A DNA stretch of 64,000 nt, taken from Scyliorhinus canicula (lineage: Eukaryota). Position numbers and translations under genes: made by a program. The stretch covers positions 2,604,001-2,668,000 of the forward strand of contig NC_052158.1 of the NCBI RefSeq assembly GCF_902713615.1. Reading direction: 5' to 3'. The notes beneath the pieces were generated by a model. That model saw nothing but the letters and a program-made list of their open reading frames with translations. It searched no databases and had not been told where the DNA came from. Below, piece by piece: positions 10,119 to 20,263 of this stretch (its first letter is position 1; the number at the start of each line of letters is the position of its first letter).

Positions 10119-11200
10119 TCACAACCCTGCTGTCCCCAAAGTCACACAAGCCTGCTGTCCCCAAAGTCACACAACCCTGCTGTCCCCAAAGTCACACAAG
10201 CCTGCTGTCCCCAAAGTCATACAACCCTGCTGTCCCCAGTCACACAACCCTGCTGTCCCCAAACTCACACAACCCTGCTTTCCCCAAACTCACACAACCC
10301 TGCTGTCCCCAAAGTCACACAAGCCTGCTGTCCCCAAAGTCACACAAGCCTGCTGTCCCCAAAGTCATACAACCCTGCTGTCCCCAGTCACACAACCCTG
10401 CTGTCCCCAAACTCACACAACCCTGCTTTCCCCAAACTCACACAACCCTGCTGTCCCCAAAGTCACACAAGCCTGCTGTCCCCAAAGTCACACAACCCTG
10501 CTGTCCCCAAAGTCACACAACCCTGCTTTCCCCAAACTCACACAACCCTGCTGTCCCCAAAGTCACACAAGCCTGCTTTCCCCAAAGTCACACAACCCTG
10601 CTGTCCCCAAAGTCACACAAGCCTGCTGTCCCCAAAGTCACACAACCCTGCTGTCCCCAAAGTCACACAACCCTGCTGTCCCCAAAGTCACACAACCCTG
10701 CTGTCCCCAAAGTCACACAACCCTGCTGTCCCCAGTCACACAACACTGCTGTCCCCAAAGTCACATAACCCTGCTGTCCCCAAAGTCACACAACCCTGCT
10801 GTCCCCAAAGTCACACAACCCTGCTGTCCCCAAAGTCACACAATCCTGCTGTCCCCAAAGTCACACAACCCTGCTGTCCCCAAAGTCATACAACCCTGCT
10901 GTCCCCAAAGTCACACAACCCTGCTGTCCCCAAAGTCACACAACCCTGCTGTCCCCAAACTCACACAACCCTGCTGTCCCCAGTCACACAACCCTGCTTT
11001 CCCCAAGTCACACAACCCTGCTTTCCCCAAACTCACACAACCCTGCTTTCCCCAAGTCACACAACCCTGCTTTCCCCAAACTCACACAACCCTGCTTTCC
11101 CCAAGTCACACAACCCTGCTTTCCCCAGTCACACAACCCTGCTGTCCCCAGTCACACAATCTTGCTTTTCCCAAAGTCACATAACCCTGCTGTCCCCAAA
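10119..11200. repeat. Minisatellite, 25-bp unit CACACAACCCTGCTGTCCCCAAAGT, about 43-44 copies with 23-24 bp variants
   Basis: Direct reading of the tandem array. Confidence 0.97.
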
Positions 11201-11940
11201 GCCAGATAACTTGCTGCATCTGCATACTAACCTTTTCTGACTCATGAACTCATACAACGAGATCTCTCTGCTCCGCAGAATTCTGCAGCCGTTCTTTGCT
11301 TCAGTAAATGTCTGCTGTTTGATTCTTGCTGGCAAAGTGAACACCTTTCACATTGTGTTCTTCTGCCACACTTTTGTCCATTTGCTCAATTTATTTCTGT
11401 ACATCTGCAACCTCCTTCTGTCCTCTTCACAACATACTTTCCTATCTATCTTTGCTTCATCTGCAAATTTATTCCCTGTGCCTTTTCGCCCCTCATCGAG
11501 GTCATTGAAATAAATTGTATAATGTGTAGAACTCTACACTGACCCCTCCAGTAACACCCTCCAACTAGACGTCACTACTTAAATATAAGTGGTCGCTCAT
11601 TTAACACAGCGATGAAGAGAAATATATTGTCATCGAGGGTCGTGACTCTCTGGATCTTTCTTCCTCAAAAGGTCGTGGAAGCAGAGTCTATGAATATTTT
11701 TAAGGCAGAACTATCCATTGAAATCCTTCAGTGCGTCACAGTGGTGCGGTGGTTAGCATAGGACCTGGATACAATCCCGGTCCCGGGTCACTATCTGTGT
11801 GGAGTTTGCACATTCTCCACCACAACCCAAAGATGTGCTGGGTGGGTGGATTTGCCGTGCTAAATTGCTCCTTAATTGAAAAAAAATAATTGTCTCCTCT
11901 AAATTTATGAAGAAAAAAAGAATCCCCCTAAGCCGGAGGA

Positions 11941-12460
11941 CATAGAACATAGAACGATACAGCGCAGTACAGGCCCTTCGGCCCTCAATGTTGCACCGAC
12001 ATGGAAAAAAAAAACTAAAGGCTATCTAACCTACACTATGCCCTTATCATCCATATGCTTATCCAATAAACTTTTAAATGCCCTCAATGTTGGCGAGTTC
12101 ACTACTGTTGCAGGTAGGGCATTCCACGGCCTCACCACTCTTTGCGTAAAAAAACCACCTCTGACCTCTGTCCTATATCTATTACCCCACAATTTAAGGC
12201 TATGTCCCCTCGTGATAGCCACCTCCATCCGCGGGAGAAGGCTCTCGCTGTCCACCCTATCTAACCCTCTGATCATTTTGTATGCCTCTATTAGGTCACC
12301 TCTTAACCTTCTTCTCTCTAATGAAAACAACCTCAAGTCCATCAGCCTTTCCTCATAAGATTTTCCCTCCATACCAGGCAACATCCTGGTAAATCTCCTC
12401 TGCACCCGTTCCAAAGCTTCCACGTCCTTCCTATAATGAGGCGACCAGAACTGTACGCAG
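11941..12460 (-). mobile_element. CR1/HER1-type LINE 3' end
   Basis: ORF2 C-terminus CVQFWSPHYRKDVEALERVQRRFTRMLPG...LFSLERRRLRGDLIE...FFTQRVV plus a (ttctatg)n tail. Confidence 0.9.
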
Positions 12461-12623
12461 CCATTCAGCCATCTGACCTGCACCTTCCCCTTGAAAGAGC
12501 ACCTTATTCAGGCCCCTATCCCATCCCCATAACCCCGTAACCCCACTAACCGGCACATCTTTGGACAGTAAGGGACAACTTAGCACGGCCAGTACACCTA
12601 ACCTGCACATGGAACCTAGAACT

Positions 12624-12972
12624 AGGGCAGCACGGTAGCACAGTGGGCAGCACAATTGATTTACAGCTCCCGGGTTTCAGGTTCGATTCCCAACTTGGGT
12701 CACTGTCTGTGCTGAGTCTCCACATTCACCCCGTGGCTGCGTGGGTTTCCTCCGGGTGCTCCGGTTTCCTTCCACAGTCCAAATACGTGCAGGTTAGGTG
12801 GATTGGACATGCTAAAATGGCCCTTAGTGTCCACAATTGCTCTTAGTGTTGGGTGGGGTTACTGGGTTATGGGGATAGGGTGGAGGTGTTGACCTTGGGT
12901 AGGATGCTCTTTCCAAGAGCCGGTGCAGACTCGATGGGCCGAATGGCCTCCTTCTGCACTGTAAATTCTATG
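12624..12972 (+). mobile_element. Full-length HE1/V-SINE-like element
   Basis: gggcagcacggtagcacagtgg head, ggttcgattccc B box, central domain and LINE-like tail. Confidence 0.85.
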
Positions 12973-13986
12973 AACAGTACAGCACAGTACAGGCCTTTCG
13001 GGCCATGATGTTGTGCCGAACTAATCTGAAACCATCCATGTTTCAAGCTCACCAACCTTATTCCTGATGCTCCTCGCATTGAAGTAGACACACTTCAAAC
13101 CACCTGCACATCTTTGGACTGTTGGAGTAAACCGGAGCACCCGGAGGAAACCCTTGCAGACCAGGCAAGAACGTGCAATCTCCACACAGACAGTGACCCA
13201 AGGTGGGAATTGAACCCTGGTCCCTGGTGCTGTGAGGCAGCAGTGCCAACCACTGTGCCATCACTGCGCTGCTGGATTGATTCTTAATTAACAATGGGGT
13301 GAAAGGTTAGTGGGCGTGGGCAGGAATGTGGGGTTGAGGTTACAATCAGATTAGCCATGATCCTATTGAATGGTGCAACAGCGTCCATGGAATTCCTACA
13401 GCGCAGGAAGAGAGTGTTTGGCCCATCGTGTCTGCATCGACCCTCTGAAAAAGCACCCTACCTAGTCCCACTCCCCCACCCATCCCTGTAAACTCATAAC
13501 CACGTCACCTAACCTCCACATCTTTGGGCACAAAAGCTCAATTCATCTCTATCCATCTTCAACCACCTTATGTCCTCTTCACAACAAACTTTCCTACGTA
13601 TCTTTGTGTCATCTGCAAATTTAGTCACCATGCCTTTTCTCCCCTCATCTACATCATTGATTATAAATTATAAGAAGTTGGGTACTCTGCACAGAGCCCT
13701 ACAGAAACCCAGGCGTGACATCTTTGAACAGTGTGAAGAAACCGGAGCACGCGGAGGAAACCTACTGAGACACGAGGAGAACGTGCAAACCACACACAGA
13801 CAGTCACCCAAGGGCAAAATCGAACCGGGATCCTTGGCGCTGTGAGGCAGCCTTGCTAACTAACCACTGCACGCTGCTGGATAGGTTCTTAAAGAGCAAG
13901 GGGGTGAAAGGATATCGAGGGTAGGCTGGAATGGGGGGTTGAGGTTACAATCAGATTCGCCATGATCTTACTGAACGGCGCAACAG

Positions 13987-14866
13987 TGTAGAAGTCAGGT
14001 ATTTTAAATACACTTAATATAGGTAAGAAGACTGTTTAAGACAGAAATATCAATTCCCAGTTTTAAAATGAAAGAACCATACAATTTCCAAACTCAGTCA
14101 TGAGTTTGCAAAACACAGAAGTTTGATAAAAACATCACATTTTCCAAGGGCAAGGGCGGAATCCATAGCAACGAGGGATAAGGATGAAGCATTGTTCGGT
14201 TCTCACGCCGCTCGAGATTAAGTTGAATCATATCCCATAAATTATACAAGCTAAAAAAATATCTTGAACTATATTGCCTTGTTTTTAATAAATGGACAGT
14301 TAAAACATCGACTCAAATATAATATATATATTTATATATTTGATTCCAACATTCTCAGTGAAACAATCTTATAAAAGACAGTTTGAGTTGTATGTTCTGA
14401 AATATGCCTAGCCTAGCAATATGAGATAACATGAGGTCTCCATGGTGGCAATAGGTAGGTCAGCATTAGACCAGTTTTTGCTGGTTTTGATAAAGCACAA
14501 TATCCCATGAGAAACATACCAATAAGCAACAATTAGAAGTGGCGTTACATTGTCATGATGGACGGCTTGTTATCAAATCAAGTGTGTTTTGAATATAGCT
14601 TAAACCAATTAGGATTATATTGGGGTGTGATCGGATCGCTTAAGACAGATATCAAAGAGTATATCCATGGATGATTTGACCACCATTTTTAGTGAAGTGA
14701 GGTGAAGTGAGGAAACTAAGAAGTGAGGCGTGAAGAGACTAGAGACGAGAGACTAGAGACTAGAGGCAGAAGATTAGAGGCAAGAAGACAGACAAGTCAG
14801 AAAGGCAAGAAGACAGACAAGTCAGAAAGGCAAGAAGACAGACAAGTCAGAGAGACAAAGAGAACA

Positions 14867-14901
<35 letters not shown>

Positions 14902-15212
14902 ATTAGAAAAGAGTTCTGTATTCCTATTTCATTTTCATACTTTGACTTCAGCCTCTGACTTTTAAAGTTGTGTTCAGGCTATTGTCTCAGAAGATAATTC
15001 CTGTGATTCTTTGAAGAAAATCAAATTGTCTACAAACTACCTTTTAAATCATTTTCAAGTTGTAACCAATGAACTTTGAATAAAACAATTCTTATTTGCA
15101 CCTGACAAGTTTTTAACTTGAATTTCTACTGAGTTTCAGCAATGTCTCACCAACAACCGGCAACCGTAAATTAAACAAAACTGGAATCAGATCCTAAAAG
15201 TGATACTTCACA
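13987..15212 (+). mobile_element. 5' LTR (1226 bp)
   Basis: TGTAGAAGT...ACTTCACA imperfect terminal inverted repeat and AATAAA at 15079-15084. Internal 25-bp triplication at about 14778-14850 and a (GA)n run; ends 3 nt before the PBS. Confidence 0.88.
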
Positions 15213-15215
15213 ATT

Positions 15216-15233
15216 TGGCGAGCCAGCCAGGAG
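15216..15233 (+). promoter_or_regulatory. Primer-binding site for tRNA-Arg(ACG)
   Basis: TGGCGAGCCAGCCAGGAG is the reverse complement of the vertebrate tRNA-Arg-ACG 3' end CTCCTGGCTGGCTCGCCA (18/18, from recalled tRNA sequence). Confidence 0.88.
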
Positions 15234-15531
15234 GGGAGGAGTTCTGATTCGACCTTCGGAGAGGTTCGGAAAACTTCGTGAGAAATCGGAGGAGGAACAG
15301 GCGACGACGGAAGCTTCGGGAATAATCGGAAGATATCGGAAGACAGTCGGAATCCACGGCTAGACTGGGGTAAGAAATATCTTTTTCACCCATTAAAAGT
15401 CTTAAAGCCGCATCAATCAGTGCTTCGACCCCTGAAAAGGACATTTTTATAGACTGTGTTAAATCAATCAGCTGCTGGTTGTTGAGACTAACGCAGCCTA
15501 CACAGAAAAAGTTAAGTGAAAGGTTGAATTT

Positions 15532-18015
15532 ATGGCTGATCCAGATGAAAGTATAGATTTAGACCCTTTAGAATGCAGAAATTTACTCCCTACGACGGTA
15601 AAAGGAGGAACTGGGATACCAGATGTTTCCATTGAAGATATGTTGGGGGATTTTGGGTCTTTCTTTCGTAAACAATTTGACCTATGTGAAACCTTAAGAA
15701 AAATTGAATCAAAGTATAATATCCGCAGAGGACAGTGGTCCTTTGATAATATCAAGAGAGCATGGGGAAAAAGCACACGATTGCACAGTGCAGAACGTGT
15801 TAAATGGTCCCTGGCAATTATGGGACAATTACGCAGACAGCAAGAGATAATTACTAAAAATAAAACTGATCATGAATATAGGACCACTAAAGACCAACTA
15901 ATTGCAGTTGTTGAAGAATTGCGAGATGTAAAATCCAAATTTGAACAGGACGATGAACTTAGAACAGAATTGCAAAACAAAACTTCTAAACTCCAGCAGT
16001 TATCTGTTCAAATAGAGTTCCAAGATCACATTTTTGATGTTGAGTCAAAATACAAACAGTTACAATCAAAAACTGATCAAACTGTACTTGAAAATTCAAA
16101 GTTAATTGCAGAAAAATGTGTTTTAGAAAAAGAATTGCAAGATACAAAAGCAAAGCTTGAACATTATGATGAAATTAGCACAGAATTGCAAAACAAAACT
16201 TCTAAACTCCAGCTGTTATCTTCTCAAATAGCAGAATTACAAAATCAAATTTTTGAGTTTGAGTCAAGATACCAAAAGTTGCTATCAAAAACTGAACGGA
16301 TTGAACTTGTAAAATATAAGGTAATGGAACAAAAATGTGTTTTAGAAAGAGATATGCAAGATGCAGAATCTAAACTTGAACATTATGATGAAATTGGAAC
16401 AGAATTGCAAAACAAAACCTCTAAACTCCAGGAGTTATCTATTCAAACAGCAGAATTACAAGATCAAATTTTTAAGGTTGAGTCAAGATACCAAAGATTA
16501 CAATCAAAAACTGAGCGAATTGAATATGATAATTGCAAGTTAATCGAAGAAAGATATGTTTTAAAAAACGATTTAAATATTGCCACTGAAAGTGGCAAGG
16601 TCCTAAAAGACTGGATTCAAACAGCAGCTGAAGTAACACAAACTCAACAAGCAGCCCACCTAGTGGCACAATTGGCAAATGCACAGCCAAAATCAAGTGT
16701 CACGAATAAATCAATTCCTTTGCCAAATGAATCAGACGAAGATAGTGTTCCTACAAAGCGTAATACTAAATTAATTCAACTAGCCCCTTTAAAACGCAAA
16801 CGGGTTAGAGTTGGAAGCAAAAAAATAGAGGAAGAAGGTGAAACTATCTCTAGAAACATATTTGATCATCAATGGACTCAGGAACCAGCAGAGCCTGCAC
16901 AAATTGACGAATGGTCCAAAAATCTCCCACATCCTAAAAAGGGTGGTATGTCCACATGGAATGGAATTAACAGATTAAAATCCATTTACAGTCTCCACCC
17001 ATTTGATGGAGTACAAGTTCTAACTATCATGCTAGGTACTCGCGTAATTTCAACCCTTAGAACTGAGGTGGAATTTGCCCTTGGAGATGATTTACAAAAT
17101 TTAGACGCTGGTTGGCTAGCAATCAGAGATTGGCTATTAACATTTCGCCCCCCGAGGACCGATTGGTCTAAGATCACATCTTGCATTCAAAAAAGTAATG
17201 AAGATATTCAGGATTTTGAGGACAGATTTTTACAGACTTGGATGGAATATTCGGGAATGACACTTACAGACGAAACTGACACATGGGATGCAAGCGATTT
17301 AAATCCGTTAAAAACGGCTTTTGTAGCCGGTGTTAAAACTGAAGTCTCTGATGCTTTGAATTTGGTTTTACCATCTTGGGCCAAAACTGGTACATACCGA
17401 GACATAGTTGACCGGTGCATTCAGATAGATCGCGGTTTACGCAATCGGACAAGCTCATCAGCAGTGACTAAAGCACAACCACAAGATTCAGGGCAAACAT
17501 GTACCCTGGCTCCATTAAAATCACGTAAGGAAAATATACCACTATGTCTTTACTGCGGTAAAGTAGGACACTGGATGGCAAAATGCTATCTTAAACCACG
17601 GATGGATTCGAGAGATGATAATGAGGTAGACAATTTTCACTACAATACATTTCCACCTCGTGGTCAACCACGTAATGCGCACAAACAAGATGCACCTAGG
17701 GTAACGTTCCAACAAGACAGACCCAGACTTACGTACAGGAATTCTAAAACCTCCCAACCTTATCCATGTAGGGAGGAACCTTATCCACGTAGGGAGGAAC
17801 CTTATCCACGTAGGGAAGAACCTTATCCACGTAGGGAGGAACCTTATCCACGTAGGGAGGAATCTTACCCATGTAGAGAGAAATCTTACCCACACGGGGA
17901 CGAACTGTACCCACGTAGGATTCTACACGATGATAACAATGCTATGAATGAAATGTTAAACAGCTGTCCTCCAGCTCAAAGACGTTCTCTGTGTGATAAT
18001 TCAAAAAACTGCTAG
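15532..18015 (+). CDS. gag: Gag polyprotein, 827 aa, intact
   Basis: MHR-like IQKSNEDIQDFEDRF (about 17185-17230) and CCHC knuckle CLYCGKVGHWMAKC (17545-17586); lies between the PBS and protease. Confidence 0.92.
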   Translation: MADPDESIDLDPLECRNLLPTTVKGGTGIPDVSIEDMLGDFGSFFRKQFDLCETLRKIESKYNIRRGQWSFDNIKRAWGKSTRLHSAERVKWSLAIMGQLRRQQEIITKNKTDHEYRTTKDQLIAVVEELRDVKSKFEQDDELRTELQNKTSKLQQLSVQIEFQDHIFDVESKYKQLQSKTDQTVLENSKLIAEKCVLEKELQDTKAKLEHYDEISTELQNKTSKLQLLSSQIAELQNQIFEFESRYQKLLSKTERIELVKYKVMEQKCVLERDMQDAESKLEHYDEIGTELQNKTSKLQELSIQTAELQDQIFKVESRYQRLQSKTERIEYDNCKLIEERYVLKNDLNIATESGKVLKDWIQTAAEVTQTQQAAHLVAQLANAQPKSSVTNKSIPLPNESDEDSVPTKRNTKLIQLAPLKRKRVRVGSKKIEEEGETISRNIFDHQWTQEPAEPAQIDEWSKNLPHPKKGGMSTWNGINRLKSIYSLHPFDGVQVLTIMLGTRVISTLRTEVEFALGDDLQNLDAGWLAIRDWLLTFRPPRTDWSKITSCIQKSNEDIQDFEDRFLQTWMEYSGMTLTDETDTWDASDLNPLKTAFVAGVKTEVSDALNLVLPSWAKTGTYRDIVDRCIQIDRGLRNRTSSSAVTKAQPQDSGQTCTLAPLKSRKENIPLCLYCGKVGHWMAKCYLKPRMDSRDDNEVDNFHYNTFPPRGQPRNAHKQDAPRVTFQQDRPRLTYRNSKTSQPYPCREEPYPRREEPYPRREEPYPRREEPYPRREESYPCREKSYPHGDELYPRRILHDDNNAMNEMLNSCPPAQRRSLCDNSKNC

Positions 18016-18316
18016 ACCCCACTCTTGATGATTCTCTCCATTTCTCTCTACATGCACTTTTGCAGCAGAAAAATGATGGATTATATATTTCATTAAGAGT
18101 GGAAGGTATTGATATCGATTTTCTATTTGATACTGGAGCTGAACTTACCTGTGTTACTGAACAGAATGCTGCTTTCTTTCCCCTGACTTCAGAGAAACTT
18201 GAAGCTTTTGCTGCAGGAGGAGACTCTGTCCCTCTTCGGAAGACTAAACCACTGCTCTTAGAATTTGGACCACATCAACTGATAGCGTCAATATGGGTAG
18301 GTCTGGTAACACAACA
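18003..18316 (+). pseudogene. pro: Retroviral aspartic protease, -1 frame, truncated (ORF runs on into the flanking SINE to 18440)
   Basis: FLFDTGA active-site motif and flap-like AAGG; frame open from the slippery heptamer AAAAAAC (18003-18009); the C-terminal GRD-type motif is missing. Confidence 0.88.
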
Positions 18317-20263
18317 AACAGGCTCCATTGAATTGAAACAGTGCAGAAAGAGGCCATTCGGCCCATTGAGTCTGCACCGACCATCTGAAAGAGAACCCGA
18401 CCGAGACCCACTCCCCCTTCCTATCCCTGTCACCCCATAACCCCACCTTACATGCATGCCTTTGGACACAAAGGGGCAATTTATCCCGGCCAATCCACTA
18501 AACCTGCACATCTTTGGACTGGGAAAGGGAATCGGAGTATCTGGAGGAAACTCACACAGACATGGGGAGAACATGCAGACTCCACACAGACAGTGACCCA
18601 AGGCCGGAACTGAACCCGGGTCCCTGGCTCTGTCAGGCTCCTGTGCTAACCATTGAGCCACTGTGCCGTGGTCGAGGGGCCGAGTGGCCTCCTCCTGGTC
18701 CTAATTCATGTGTTTGTGTTCTACTAATCAGAAAAAACAATCAATTTTTGCTCACTCTCTGTCTTCTGCCAGCCAATTGTCTAGTCGATCTTCTTGACGT
18801 TAAGAATCTCGCCAAACCCCATCAGCCTCTGGAATAACGATGCTCTTCTGATTCTGCCGTCTGAAGCCGAGTTGCTCTAATGCTGTTGGGCGCTCCATAG
18901 AATCATAGAAATTACAGTGCGGAAGGCGGCCATTCGGCCCATCGAGTATGCACCAGCCCTTGGCAAGAGCACCCCACTTAAGGCCACCCCTCCACCCTAG
19001 CCCTGTAACCCCTCCTTCAGCAGCCTAAACCCCAAGCTCTGAAATCCCCTCCTTCCACATCACCAGCTGTCTCTCTCTCTCCCTTACCAGCGTCATGTTA
19101 AATCCTCCATCTTTGGCCAAGTTCTCAGCAACCTGCCATAATACCGTCTGCAGTGTCTCGGTGCCACATTTTGCTTCGTTACCCTCCTGTAAACCTCCTT
19201 GAGGTGGTTTATTGAATTAGTGGGAAAATGTGAACAGAATGTGTTCCTGCTGGTGGCAGGGACAGCAGCAAAACCCCTTCTGGCGTCCAATGTCACTGTG
19301 ACTGTAAAATGTACAAGATTAAACAACAGTCAATGCCAGACGTGGTTAGGCTTCCCTGCTCCTGAACTGTCTGCTGGTTCTTCTGGAGTCGCCGTTCAGT
19401 CTACCCGTAAACGGGGCTCAGTTGGCCGGACAGCCCGTTCGTGATGCAGAGCGAGGCCAGCAGCGTGGGTTCAATTCCCGTACCGGCCAAGGTTATTCAT
19501 GAAGGCCCCACCTTCCCAACCTTGTCCCTCTCCTGAGGTGTGGGTGATCCTCAGGTTAAATCACCACCAGTCAGCCTCTCCCCCCTCAAGGGGGAAAGCA
19601 GCCGATAGTCATCTTTGGTATGTTGGGCTCAGTTTGATTTGGTTTAATCTCGGAGTAGCGGACGGTGCAGAATGTGTCAATGGCGTGCCACCTGTGTGTT
19701 GTAGAGCGGACAGCAGAAACATAGACAATAGGAGCAGGAGGAGGCTGTGGTTTATTTGAACTGGGTTCAAATAAACCACAGAGCTGGTGGATAGATTGTG
19801 TCGGCGATCCTTTGTCAGTGGAAAAATAAATCAATATTTAAAAGCACATTTTCAAAAATGTATTCATGTCAGAAATCAACACAAATAAATCATTCCGTGA
19901 GCAAAAAACTTTATTTAATGAAAAATATTCAGCCCAGCTGTGAGTAAGTGCAAATAAAGTTTAACCTGTACATTGAGGACATTTCCATACCACTAGATGC
20001 GAAACACAGTGAACCTCTTCAATATAATACATTGATCAAATTATTCCAATTAACAACAGTGGGTGTGGTACAGGCTCTACACAGTTTCCAGGCGCTATCA
20101 CCATCACAGTTATATTACAGTCACTGTAGACCTGGCAGCATCGAGACCAGTAAATGCCACCACTGTCAGTCAGGAATACAACACGTCTCAGCGCCCAATC
20201 CAGTAAAGTCCAAAAATCTGATGTGTCCAATTCCCAACGTTCATCCTTGTTCTTTCCGGCATT

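Larger units (their letters stand above)
13987..18316 (+). mobile_element. Endogenous retrovirus/LTR retroelement, 3'-truncated (LTR-PBS-gag-partial pro)
   Basis: Begins TG, ends CA, flanked by AACAG at 13982-13986 and 18317-18321; the empty paralogous site has a single AACAG at 458-462. Confidence 0.93.

Noticed and set aside
10027-11184. 385-aa ORF
   Set aside because: Translation of the 25-bp minisatellite; it cycles through the repeat phases and has no ATG start.
12624-12700. tRNA-like sequences with A/B boxes (many copies)
   Set aside because: They are SINE heads continuing into SINE bodies, not complete cloverleaf tRNA genes.
15532-18015. Claim that gag is an already domesticated host gene
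   Set aside because: The LTR, PBS, frameshift site and an empty paralogous site show a recent insertion; intactness is expected without selection.
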